Part shown: positions 8,152 to 16,817 of the stretch, piece after piece
Numbering within the stretch: position 1 is the stretch's first letter
How the letters are laid out: each line of letters starts with the position of its first letter
Source of the DNA: a virus
Lineage: Duplodnaviria; Caudoviricetes
Length of the DNA stretch: 64,000 bases
Reading direction: 5' to 3' (one strand)
Virus record (IMG/VR): IMGVR_UViG_3300033407_000005
Location: 11,735 to 75,734 of that record
Program-made: the position numbers and the translations under genes
The notes under the pieces: model-generated
What the model was told of the DNA's origin: nothing
Seen by the model: only the letters and a program-made list of their open reading frames with translations
The model's database searches: none

Positions 8152-8720
8152 TGGAAACCCTGCCTCTCGACCACGTCGAGCAACCCAACCCGCCGCCACG
8201 TCCTACGCTGGCGGACGAGAGCGTGAGGCGTGCCGCCGCCGAGGCGCTCATGCCCGAGATCATTCGGTGGCTTGGTAAAGATTGGCAGGAAGCCGAGCGC
8301 GAGGACTACATCGAAGACTTGATGGAAGTCGCTCACGTATGGGACGGCTACCAGGCCGCGCGGCTGCTGGAAAGTCGCAGCCATTGGTCGCCCGATCAGG
8401 AGCTTGTCGAGATCCTCGGGGGCGCGGACGGACCGATGGCGGCCGATCGGGCTATCGAGGCGTGGGTCGCGGCCAACAACATCACCCCGAAACTGGCGAT
8501 CGGAGACACCGTTCGAGCGCGACCCCGCGGCGGAATCGGCCCAATCGTCAACATAGACGCGGCTCATGCAACCTATACCGTGGCGACCACCGATTTTTTT
8601 CGGGAATACCCGGATCAGGCAGGCAAAGGCGGCGGTATCGTCGTTGCGTTCGAGGACTGTGCCCTAGCCGCCACATCCGAGGCGCCCAACCCCCAAGACA
8701 CCGGCGCCGAACCCCGATGA
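8151..8720 (+). CDS. Phage hypothetical protein
   Basis: METLPLD...; acidic globular ORF with TGATG coupling. Confidence 0.7.
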   Translation: METLPLDHVEQPNPPPRPTLADESVRRAAAEALMPEIIRWLGKDWQEAEREDYIEDLMEVAHVWDGYQAARLLESRSHWSPDQELVEILGGADGPMAADRAIEAWVAANNITPKLAIGDTVRARPRGGIGPIVNIDAAHATYTVATTDFFREYPDQAGKGGGIVVAFEDCALAATSEAPNPQDTGAEPR

Positions 8721-9013
8721 ACCCAAATCCCCCAACCTTACGACGCGGCCAAGGGCATCTTTACGGTGCCGTCCTGACTGGCGGAAAAGAAGCTGCTGGA
8801 TTGAGTGCCGGACAAGACGGTGAGTGTCCGAGGACAGCCACGGGTCAACTGAGCCCGTCAAGATGTCAAACAACCCCGTCCGCCGGTGGAGGGCCTTTGT
8901 GTGGCGTCTTCCCTTCTACCCTCGCGACCGGCACCCTTTTTCCCCCACAAGGACATTCCCCCATGCCCTTCCCCCAGACCGGGCATGCGGCTGTCGCTGG
9001 AGGAGGTGGCTTG

Positions 9014-9481
9014 ATGCGCACCAAACGGCTGTCGAAAGAGCAGAAGTTACAGCTCCCCGCAGTGCTGGCCGCAATCGGCGGCGCCGCGACTATCGACGAG
9101 CTGGAAGAGGCATTTCAGGCCGGGCATCGCGCGCTCGACGATCACCCGTTCTCGACGGCTTGGAATGAACGCGGCAACGCGATGCGCGCCCGCGGTTGGG
9201 ATTTGATTGAAGCTGATCCTCAAGGCCACCTGATCCCGCGCCTCGGCGAGCGCCATAAGTTGTCAGTCGCTGGCGAGACGACGCGCGTCGGGTACGGACA
9301 TAACGCCGCCGGCGTGCGGTGGGTTTGGGCTGAAGCCGAAGCGTGGGCTATCGGGCACCTGAAATCGCATGGCGTCGCCGAAGAAACGGCCAAGACCGTC
9401 TGGGGATGGTGCTTTGAATATCCCCATCGCGCTCTAAAGGTTCTTCGCAGGCGAGTGAAAGAACCATGCTTATCCGGTTGA
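9014..9481 (+). CDS. Phage hypothetical protein; its stop codon lies inside a cassette TIR
   Basis: RBS ggaggagg; ends KEPCLSG* within CATGCTTATCCGGTTGA. Confidence 0.65.
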   Translation: MRTKRLSKEQKLQLPAVLAAIGGAATIDELEEAFQAGHRALDDHPFSTAWNERGNAMRARGWDLIEADPQGHLIPRLGERHKLSVAGETTRVGYGHNAAGVRWVWAEAEAWAIGHLKSHGVAEETAKTVWGWCFEYPHRALKVLRRRVKEPCLSG

Positions 9482-9899
9482 CACCCACACTACCTCTAGG
9501 AGTTAGGAAATGTCCGAAACCCGCGAATTTCCGACAGCCGCCATCGCCTCGCTTTCGACAGGCACCTTGCTGTGCAAGTTCAGCGACATACACGAGGCCG
9601 CTGAGTATTTGATGGGCCACCCAATCTGGACGCATCAATTCGCCGATAAGCAGCTTTTCGCTGATATGCGAGCGATGATCATCGAACAGTGCCCTGGAAT
9701 GCCCGCGAGAGACGGCCAAATCACGCCTGAGAACTGGCGCGAGAAGCTCGCCGAGTTGGTCGCGGAATTAGGCCCCACACAGACAATCCGCAAAGGGGCC
9801 GGGTTGACCGCGATGCTGCCGACTGACGGCATCCCAGAGCACGTCGAATTGCTCGTGGTCAATGTTCCTTAAGGGTGGGTAACAACCGGATGAAGCATG
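9465..9899 (+). mobile_element. TIR-bounded single-gene cassette A1 (no transposase)
   Basis: Ends catgcttatccggttgacaccc / gggtaacaaccggatgaagcatg; flanked by gaaagaac at 9457-9464 and 9900-9907. Confidence 0.8.
9510..9872 (+). CDS. Cargo hypothetical protein of cassette A1
   Basis: 120 aa, RBS ctaggag, visibly lower GC than flanks. Confidence 0.8.
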   Translation: MSETREFPTAAIASLSTGTLLCKFSDIHEAAEYLMGHPIWTHQFADKQLFADMRAMIIEQCPGMPARDGQITPENWREKLAELVAELGPTQTIRKGAGLTAMLPTDGIPEHVELLVVNVP

Positions 9900-9907
9900 G
9901 AAAGAAC

Positions 9908-10499
9908 CATGCTTATCCGGTTGACACCCAAGAAACCTTATACCCACTACATCTAGGAGCGGCAAATGAACGTCAAAAAGCTCTACGAAATCCTTCGCGA
10001 GACAACTGTCCAACTGCGCAAGGGTGAAGTTTACGAAGGGACGCCAGAGCTTGTGGAACAAGCCAAGCGTGGCGACGAATTGAAGGGCGGCGGCGTTCTT
10101 GAAGTCTACGCCATGCCTCATGTCGCCGATGCCAATCCCGACATCGAAAAGGTCGATCTCGAATTTCTCGTAATCGGCGTCAATAAGGCCATCGCTGAAA
10201 CGCGTAAGGCCGAATTGATCGAAATTCTTAAGGATTATCCTCAACCGGAGCGCCTTGCGGGCGGCCCGTCCTACATCGAAGTCGGTGCAGAGATCGGCGA
10301 TCAAGGCGCGGCCTTCCAACTTTTTGCGCTCGGGAAAGTGCTCGGGCTTTGGGACGTAATCACGCCCGCGACGATGGGATTCGCGGGCGCGGAAGCGCGC
10401 CAGATGGCAGGCAGCGGTTTTGTCATGATGACGGGCTTCAAAGTGGCGGCCTAGGGGTAGTGGGTATGGGAGCGGTTGGGTGTCAACCGGATAAGCATG
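9908..10499 (+). mobile_element. TIR-bounded single-gene cassette A2, tandem to A1
   Basis: About 50-bp imperfect TIRs; flanked by gaaagaac at 9900-9907 and 10500-10507. Confidence 0.85.
9966..10454 (+). CDS. Cargo hypothetical protein of cassette A2
   Basis: 162 aa, RBS ctaggag. Confidence 0.8.
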   Translation: MNVKKLYEILRETTVQLRKGEVYEGTPELVEQAKRGDELKGGGVLEVYAMPHVADANPDIEKVDLEFLVIGVNKAIAETRKAELIEILKDYPQPERLAGGPSYIEVGAEIGDQGAAFQLFALGKVLGLWDVITPATMGFAGAEARQMAGSGFVMMTGFKVAA

Positions 10500-10509
10500 G
10501 AAAGAACCG

Positions 10510-10824
10510 ATGATGCTGAGCACGCTGGCGCCCCCGTTTCTCGCCGCCGCCTTCGTGCTCGCGGGGTCGCTCGACTACGACCCGCGGATCCTGACGCTTC
10601 GCTGGCCCGACGGCCACGAGGAGCGGATCGCCGCGACCTCGCCCGATACCTGTGCGACGGCGGTCCGGGCGGTCGGGCTCGCCATCTGGCCGGCCGGCCA
10701 GCCGCCGCCGGTCAGCGCGTCGTGCCGGCCCGGGAACGGGTTTGCCGCCGTGGACCGTCAGCCCACGGACTTGATCCGTGGGGCCCATTGCATCCGCGGC
10801 TTCAACTGCGAGCACCCCCGCTGA
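10510..10824 (+). CDS. Secreted or membrane hypothetical protein
   Basis: Signal-like N-terminus; contains a REP hairpin (PTDLIRG). Confidence 0.6.
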   Translation: MMLSTLAPPFLAAAFVLAGSLDYDPRILTLRWPDGHEERIAATSPDTCATAVRAVGLAIWPAGQPPPVSASCRPGNGFAAVDRQPTDLIRGAHCIRGFNCEHPR

Positions 10825-10853
10825 CATCCACGACCTGTCGCCAGGAAAGGAAG

Positions 10854-11369
10854 GGGAATTATATAGATGACTTCCTCTGCCGAAATTTACGCCATTTCGC
10901 TCTGGCAGCCGTGGGCATCCCTGATCGCGATCGGGGCCAAGCCATTCGAGACGCGCGACTGGTTCCCGCCGAAGTGGCTTATCGGGAAGCGAATAGCGAT
11001 CCATGCCGCAATCAAGGCGATGCCGCGAGACGCGGAGGATCAACACGATTTCACCGAGGCGTTCGGCGGCCGAGGGTGGCGGGCCGTCGTGCCGAAGGGC
11101 GCGATCGTATGCACGGCGATCCTCGCTGGCGCTTACCAATGCGGCCATTCTGACCGCGAGAGCGTGAACGTGGTCCGGGCGATAACAGGATCGCGGGCAC
11201 TTAACCGCATCGCGCTCGATACGTTCGGGGACTATGCGCCCGATCGTGTCGCGTGGTGGCTGACGGACATCGAGCCGCTTGATCCGCCCATCCCAGAAAA
11301 GGGGCATCAAGGTTTTTGGAAGTTGAACGGACTCCTGGCATGACGCAGGTAGTCAAGTATGTAATTCCC
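10854..11369 (+). mobile_element. IS1595-like TIR cassette B1 carrying the ASCH gene
   Basis: gggaattatatagatgacttcc / ggtagtcaagtatgtaattccc (18 of 22 match); 8-bp TSD aaaggaag at 10846-10853 and 11370-11377. Confidence 0.8.
10867..11343 (+). CDS. ASCH-domain protein
   Basis: AISLWQPWASLIAIGAKPFETRDW...IAIHAA...KGHQGFW. Confidence 0.9.
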   Translation: MTSSAEIYAISLWQPWASLIAIGAKPFETRDWFPPKWLIGKRIAIHAAIKAMPRDAEDQHDFTEAFGGRGWRAVVPKGAIVCTAILAGAYQCGHSDRESVNVVRAITGSRALNRIALDTFGDYAPDRVAWWLTDIEPLDPPIPEKGHQGFWKLNGLLA

Positions 11370-11382
11370 AAAGGAAGCACCC

Positions 11383-11685
11383 ATGACCAAAGCCGACATG
11401 ATCACATTGATCGCCGCCTACTGCGGCATTTCCTCCCGAGCGCGCGCCGGCGAGGCGCTCGATGCCATCCTCCACGAGATCGCCGGTGAATTGGTCCTTG
11501 GCAGGCGGGTGATCCTGCCGCATGTCGGCATTCTGGTCGCCACCGGGCCGATCGGCGCCCGCAAGGGGCGCAATCCGCGCACCGGCGCGGCGATCGAGAT
11601 AAAGGCCTGCCGGCGCATCCGGTTTCGCCCGACCAAGTTGCTGAAGGCGAGGCTCGGCGCAACCATCCCGACGGCGGCGGAATAG
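11383..11685 (+). CDS. HU/IHF-family DNA-binding protein
   Basis: MTKADMI...VILPHVG...ARKGRNPRTGAAIEIKA...FRPTKLLK. Confidence 0.9.
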   Translation: MTKADMITLIAAYCGISSRARAGEALDAILHEIAGELVLGRRVILPHVGILVATGPIGARKGRNPRTGAAIEIKACRRIRFRPTKLLKARLGATIPTAAE

Positions 11686-11696
11686 AGGCCCGGCCG

Positions 11697-12134
11697 ATGC
11701 TGTCGCGGAGTCATAAACTGTTCCACGCGATCGAGGCGGTGCTCGACATCGCCTGCCACCACCCCGCCGCCGTGCGCTCGGCCGACATCGCAAAGCGCGC
11801 CGGGGTCGACGGCCGCTATCTCGAGCCGGCGCTGCAGGCGCTGGCGGCCCACAATATCCTCGCGAGCAAGCGGGGGCGCGCCGTCGGCGGCTACCGGCTG
11901 ACCCGGCCGCCGGCCAAGGTGACGCTCGGCGAGGTGGTGCGCGCGATCCGCAGCCTCGATGCGCCGGTCGCCGATCCGGCAAAGAGCCCGCTCGCCCTCC
12001 TGGTGGTCGGCCCGGTGCTGCGCGAGATCGAGGACACCGAAAACCTCGCGCTCGACAGGATATCGTTCGAGATGCTGTGCCGGATCGCGCGAACAGCCGC
12101 GGCGCCGGCCGGCGATGCGGAGGAGGCGGCATGA
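11697..12134 (+). CDS. Rrf2-family transcriptional regulator (IscR/CymR-like, no Cys triad)
   Basis: AIEAVLDIA...RYLEPALQAL...ILASKRGRAVGGYRL...TLGEVVRAI. Confidence 0.85.
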   Translation: MLSRSHKLFHAIEAVLDIACHHPAAVRSADIAKRAGVDGRYLEPALQALAAHNILASKRGRAVGGYRLTRPPAKVTLGEVVRAIRSLDAPVADPAKSPLALLVVGPVLREIEDTENLALDRISFEMLCRIARTAAAPAGDAEEAA

Positions 12135-12312
12135 CCCGAGATCAAAAAGCCCTCAAGCTGCGCCACGTGACCGGCGTATCCGCAAAGGAAGCATTTCGTT
12201 TTCTGCTGTTGTACGAGGCCGTCAAAGACATTGAGGCCGAGGCTGCTGCTGCCGAACGGATCGCGCGAACAGCCGCGGCGCCGGCCGACGATGCGGAGGA
12301 GGCGGCATAAAA

Positions 12313-13188
12313 ATGGCGGAGCATCTGATCGACGGTGAGTTTCAGAGCGATAAATATCCGACGACGCCGCGCGGCAAGGTTCCGCTGTCGTGCAAAGACA
12401 TGATGGCGCAAGACCTGCTTTGGGAATATGCGCAGCGTCGCCGAAAGATTGACGCCGACTTTTCGGCTGATCTTGAAGCCGCCCTTCGCGCCCAAGGCTA
12501 TGTACCGCTCGATGAGCCGGTGCCGGCCCTCGATGCGAAGCATCAGCAGGTGTCCGACCAGTGCCGCGCGGTCGCGCACATCGCCAAAACCATCAGCGAG
12601 GTGCATGGCGATCTCGCCAAGACTTATGCGCACCACGGCCCCGAAGCACATATGGACTTTGTTGGTCGTTTAACCGCCGAGCGCATGGAGGTGCTCGGTG
12701 ATATGGCGAACGGTATGGACATCGTTCAGCCCGAAGATGAATGGCTGAACCCGATCTTTGAAGGCGTGCCCGCGCTACCAATGGACCCCGCCATGACCGG
12801 CCGCTTCGACGCCAAAACCGCCTTCGCCGCATTGTCGCCCGACGAGCAGCGCAGCATCGGCGAGGCCGGTCTCCTCCTCGCCTATTGCATCGACCGCAAG
12901 GAATTTCTGGACCCGCCCGGCCGCGCCAAGCCGGTACCCCGGACCGATCTCTACCGTGCCTTCGAGACCGCCGAGAGCGAGGCCTACGAGTTGCTGCTCG
13001 ACGCGGCGCGCGCCTGCGAGCTGCCGGAATTCGACGCATCGCCGCCGGCGCCGCCCGGCCTCGCAATCTTCGGCATCGCGCAATGCGCGGTCTGCGGCTG
13101 CACCGAGGCGCACGCCTGCCCGGAAGGCTGCGGCTGGGCAACCGAGGCGCGGGATCTGTGCACGCGCTGCGCCGCAGCGGCGCATTGA
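12313..13188 (+). CDS. Mosaic hypothetical protein with C-terminal Zn-finger-like motif
   Basis: CAVCGCTEAHAC...LCTRC; internal start-like sites suggest fused ORFs. Confidence 0.6.
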   Translation: MAEHLIDGEFQSDKYPTTPRGKVPLSCKDMMAQDLLWEYAQRRRKIDADFSADLEAALRAQGYVPLDEPVPALDAKHQQVSDQCRAVAHIAKTISEVHGDLAKTYAHHGPEAHMDFVGRLTAERMEVLGDMANGMDIVQPEDEWLNPIFEGVPALPMDPAMTGRFDAKTAFAALSPDEQRSIGEAGLLLAYCIDRKEFLDPPGRAKPVPRTDLYRAFETAESEAYELLLDAARACELPEFDASPPAPPGLAIFGIAQCAVCGCTEAHACPEGCGWATEARDLCTRCAAAAH

Positions 13189-13196
13189 CACTGAAG

Positions 13197-13212
13197 CATG
13201 CTTATCCGGTTG
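13197..13212 (+). repeat. Solo left end of TIR family A
   Basis: Exact catgcttatccggttg immediately upstream of ORF 13230; no clear partner end. Confidence 0.7.
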
Positions 13213-13229
13213 TCGCTCAACGAGGCTAG

Positions 13230-13721
13230 ATGTTGATGACCAAAAAAGCACGACAATCTCTCATTGATTTCCTGCTGGCGTGTGCCCATCGGCGGGTTGA
13301 TGCGCGGGCGGCGGTTACTCCGTGCTTCTATTACGAGTGTCGCGAGTGCGGCGGCTCTGATCTAAACCGAGAAGATTTGCACGTCCGACCGACGCTCGCT
13401 GGGGTGACGCACAGGCCCAACTGTCTTGTCGGGCAGTACCGCGCTATCGCAGAGAATGACATGCTCACCACGGAAGCAAACACACAACTGATCGCGGAAC
13501 GCGATGCGATGAAGGGGCTGATGAAGAGACGAGCAGTTTTCATTCTTGGACTGTTGTGGAATGCGGCCAAGAAGCAGGAAGCGATTGAGAGAGAAGTCGC
13601 CGGGGAGCGGGAGGCGCGGCACAAACTAGAAGCCGCACTCACCGGGAAAGACAAAGCGATGGGCGTGCTGTTCGAGCGGCTGACAGCTGCGGGCGTCGAT
13701 TGCTCCGACCTGATCCCATAG
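13230..13721 (+). CDS. Phage hypothetical protein with CxxC and coiled coil
   Basis: YECRECGG; coiled-coil C-terminus. Confidence 0.65.
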   Translation: MLMTKKARQSLIDFLLACAHRRVDARAAVTPCFYYECRECGGSDLNREDLHVRPTLAGVTHRPNCLVGQYRAIAENDMLTTEANTQLIAERDAMKGLMKRRAVFILGLLWNAAKKQEAIEREVAGEREARHKLEAALTGKDKAMGVLFERLTAAGVDCSDLIP

Positions 13722-13749
13722 ACCTGCGCCCTGCGCCGTATCCGAGGGG

Positions 13750-14715
13750 ATGCCTGACATGGCCGACAACACGCACATCGGATGGACCGACGCCACCTGG
13801 AACCCGGTGCGCGGCTGCTCGCGCGTGTCGCCGGGCTGCGGCGGCGCCAACCACGAGGGCGGCTGCTATGCCGAGAAGATCGCGGCGCGGTTCTCCGGCC
13901 CGGGCCAGCCCTACGAGGGCTTTGCCCGGCGCACCCCGAACGGCGGCCAGTGGACCGGCAAGCTGGCGCTGGTCGAAGAGTCGCTTGACCTGCCGCTGCG
14001 CTGGAAACGCCCACGCCGCATCTTCGTCAACTCGATGTCCGACCTGTTCCACGAGGCGCTGCCCGACGCGGCGATCGACCAGGTGCTTGAGGTCATCGGA
14101 GCCTGCGACGATCAGGACCGAGGGCATATATTCCAGATCCTCACGAAGCGCGGCGTGCGCCAGCGCGACTACATGCGCAGCGCACGCGCCTATGACGCCT
14201 GGAACCGCCGCTGCATGGCACAGGAGGCATGGCCGCCGCGGAATATCTGGCTCGGGGTCTCGGTCGAGGACCAGGAGCGCAAGCATCGCATCGACGAGTT
14301 GCGCGCGACCCCGGCCGCCATCCGCTTTCTGAGCCTTGAGCCTTTGCTTGAAGACCTCGGGGCCATTGACCTGACCGGCATCCATTGGGTCATCGTCGGA
14401 GGCGAGTCCGGCCCCCGCGCGCGGCCGATGCATCCTGACTGGGCGCGCTCGCTCAGGGATCAGTGCCAGGCTGCCGGGGTGGCGTTCTTCTTCAAGCAAT
14501 GGGGTGAGTGGATCGCCGGCGACGATCTGCCCAGCGAACATCAGGAGGCCGTCGAGCTCGGCGAGCGCCGGCTGCTGACCTATGACCAGGGGCAAAAACT
14601 GGCGGGCCGGCGAGAATATGAATTCCACAGCGACGGCTCGACGCTGATCCGCGTCGGCAAGCACGCCGCTGGCCGGCTGCTCGACGGCCGCGAGCACAAC
14701 GAGTTTCCGGTATGA
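13750..14715 (+). CDS. Phage Gp37/Gp68 (DUF5131) family protein
   Basis: IGWTDATWNPVRGCSRVSPGC...CYA, IFVNSMSDLFH, WVIVGGESG, FFFKQWG. Confidence 0.92.
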   Translation: MPDMADNTHIGWTDATWNPVRGCSRVSPGCGGANHEGGCYAEKIAARFSGPGQPYEGFARRTPNGGQWTGKLALVEESLDLPLRWKRPRRIFVNSMSDLFHEALPDAAIDQVLEVIGACDDQDRGHIFQILTKRGVRQRDYMRSARAYDAWNRRCMAQEAWPPRNIWLGVSVEDQERKHRIDELRATPAAIRFLSLEPLLEDLGAIDLTGIHWVIVGGESGPRARPMHPDWARSLRDQCQAAGVAFFFKQWGEWIAGDDLPSEHQEAVELGERRLLTYDQGQKLAGRREYEFHSDGSTLIRVGKHAAGRLLDGREHNEFPV

Positions 14716-14776
14716 GCAATCACAGCAGCGGGATTCCGGCATGAGCGTGGCGCGCTGTTTCGATTGCGGCCCTGGT

Positions 14777-14915
14777 CGCGATCCGGGCGCTGCTCGGCTG
14801 GTGGGGCGAGCGGACCTGCGATTACGTGAGGCCCGAGACGTGCCGGGCTTATGTGAAGTGGCGGTCAATTGGCGGTCAATTGGCGGTCAATTGGCGGTCA
14901 AGGGACTAAATTTAG
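14777..14915 (+). repeat. Left arm of long inverted repeat, with 4x tggcggtcaat
   Basis: Reverse complement of 16818-16945, which has 3 units. Confidence 0.95.
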
Positions 14916-15130
14916 CCGATAGGCTAAACGATACTAAATATCGGCACGGCGCCGCTTCCACCGCCGGCAGAGAACTCACCGTCCTCCGTACCGCCCTCGG
15001 CTACGCGCACAGGAACGGCAAGCTGATCGACCGCCCGTTCGTCGAGCTGCCGCCGCGCCCGCCCGGTCGCGACCGCTGGCTGACCCGCTCCGAGGCCGCC
15101 GCGCTCTTGTGGGAGAGCCGTCGCGATCCC
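14777..15130 (+). pseudogene. Tyrosine integrase fragment interrupted by an 11-mer tandem array
   Basis: IRALLGWWGERTCDYVRPETCRAYVKWR then, frameshifted, STAGRELTVLRTAL...RDRWLTRSEAAALL. Confidence 0.75.
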
Positions 15131-15185
15131 CATTGCCACGTCGACGTGATCATCGAAGCGATCGACGCGCTGATCGAGATCGCCA

Positions 15186-15695
15186 ATGGCTGAAGCTCTT
15201 CCCGGTTGGCTTGAAGGGCTGAGCCACAAGGACTTCCTCTTCAACGGGTCGACGTGCACCGAGGATGCCTGGGCCAGGCTCGATTGGCATCGCGCCTATG
15301 TCGACATGGGGCCATCGCCGGCGGGAAACGCCGGGCCCTATTGGCACGTCCCGCGACCCTGCGACGAGACGATACAACGGCTCTACCCGAAGGTGCTGCG
15401 CTCAAAATGGCTGCTGCTGATCAGGCGCGCCGTCGAAGAGGCGATCGAGCGGGACCGGCGGCCGGCGGCGGCGCCGAGGACCCCAGCGCCCCGTAATAAC
15501 CTTTCGGCGGCTATCCTGCAGGTATTCGCGAACAACCGCGGCCTGCGCCTCAACAGCGCCACGGTAATAGCGCAACTTCGGCGGTCCCATCGAGGGGTGT
15601 CGGTCAGACAGATTAACAACGCGCTCGATTACCTGAAACGAACGGGCCGCCTGATTCGCGTCGAACGAGGCCGATACGAGGCCGCCAATGGCTGA
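15186..15695 (+). CDS. Hypothetical protein with C-terminal winged-helix-like domain
   Basis: AAILQVF...QINNALDYLKRTGRLIRVERGRY. Confidence 0.65.
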   Translation: MAEALPGWLEGLSHKDFLFNGSTCTEDAWARLDWHRAYVDMGPSPAGNAGPYWHVPRPCDETIQRLYPKVLRSKWLLLIRRAVEEAIERDRRPAAAPRTPAPRNNLSAAILQVFANNRGLRLNSATVIAQLRRSHRGVSVRQINNALDYLKRTGRLIRVERGRYEAANG

Positions 15696-15906
15696 ACGCC
15701 GCACCCCACCCTCGTTCTGCTTTCTGCCGACCCAGATGCCGGGCGAGAAGGCGGAAGCCTATCAGGCGATCCACGAGCATCATTGCGCCGACAAGCGGCC
15801 GGGCCATCTCTGCGCCGGCAAGGTGACCCTCGATCGCCTCGGGATCACCCTGTCGTGCCCCCGGTGCGGCGATCACCGCTCGCTGTTCCCGAAGGCCGCC
15901 GGATGA
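15688..15906 (+). CDS. Small Cys/His-rich protein
   Basis: HEHHC...HLC...CPRCGDH. Confidence 0.6.
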   Translation: MAERRTPPSFCFLPTQMPGEKAEAYQAIHEHHCADKRPGHLCAGKVTLDRLGITLSCPRCGDHRSLFPKAAG

Positions 15907-15918
15907 AGGCGATCAGAC

Positions 15919-16188
15919 ATGGCTGAGGCGCCCGCTGCCGGCTGGTATGTGATCCGCCGCGCCGGCGACGGCGCGGTCTCTTGCCTCTACACCGCCGGAG
16001 ACGGCTGGTGGGCGATGTGCGGCCGGAATTGCCTGGGATTGCCCCCCGGCTGGTCCCTCGGCCCGTCGCTCGACGAGCTGCTCGACATCTACGAAGCGCG
16101 GCTCAGTCGCGCCCGCCGCCCCCGCCAGCACAACGCCGACCCGCGCGAGATCGACGGAGCAGCCGATGGCCGATCGGCCCGATTATAG
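15919..16188 (+). CDS. Phage hypothetical protein
   Basis: 89-aa ORF with RBS gaagg. Confidence 0.55.
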   Translation: MAEAPAAGWYVIRRAGDGAVSCLYTAGDGWWAMCGRNCLGLPPGWSLGPSLDELLDIYEARLSRARRPRQHNADPREIDGAADGRSARL

Positions 16189-16456
16189 AGCCGACGGCGA
16201 GATCGTCGAAATTTCCGGACTCAGCGGGGAGTGGAAGCGGATGCCCGACGACATTCGCTACGTCTACGCCGCCGGCTCAATGACCTGCTGTCCGATCTGC
16301 CAAGAAGCCGCCGCGGGAGTGCCGTGGGGCGGTTGCTTCATTTGCGACAAGCGAGGCTGTTGCGTCGCACTCGTCGATACCGGCGAGGTCTTCGTGCCTC
16401 TACCCGATCGTTCGCCCGCGTCGAGAAGCCGCCCCAGCGCCCGATCCGTTGAATAG
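16166..16456 (+). CDS. Small Zn-ribbon-like protein
   Basis: CCPIC...CFICDKRGCC. Confidence 0.6.
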   Translation: MADRPDYRADGEIVEISGLSGEWKRMPDDIRYVYAAGSMTCCPICQEAAAGVPWGGCFICDKRGCCVALVDTGEVFVPLPDRSPASRSRPSARSVE

Positions 16457-16479
16457 ACGAGCACCGGCATTCTAAATTT

Positions 16480-16817
16480 GGGAATTATATACATGACTTC
16501 CTCGAACTCAGGAGAAAAGCAGATGCTTGACAAGCTCGGTAACGTCATGCGCGGCGCGGAAATTGACCGCGAGGTTATAGACAGCGGTCTCGCGGTCCTC
16601 ACGCGACAGGTGCGCGAAACATGGCTTGCGACCGACTATCCAAAGGCTATGCGCAGTGATGGCGCTCAATTTAGGCACGCTTGCCTTCACGCGACCAAGG
16701 CGATCGGCAAAATCACCGCGTTGATCGATCATGCCGATCACGAACGCCTTGACGACCCAAGAAGCCCTGGCCGCGAGCCTAGGGCCATTAGGCGAGGAAG
16801 TCATGTATATAATTCCC
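16480..16817 (+). mobile_element. IS1595-like TIR cassette B2 (338 bp)
   Basis: Perfect 25-bp TIR gggaattatatacatgacttcctcg; 8-bp TSD ctaaattt at 16472-16479 and 16818-16825. Confidence 0.9.

Noticed and set aside
8720-9010. Possible structured ncRNA in an intergenic gap
   Set aside because: Only short pairings and no recognisable family motif; a covariance search (Infernal/Rfam) would be needed.
9874-9929. Integron attC site at the A1/A2 junction
   Set aside because: The palindrome lacks RYYYAAC/GTTRRRY boxes, the outer junctions are only half-sites, and there is no integron integrase. TIR plus TSD explains all three junctions.
14859-14901. Iterons of a replication origin
   Set aside because: No initiator gene nearby and the repeats lie within integrase debris; not excluded, but unsupported.
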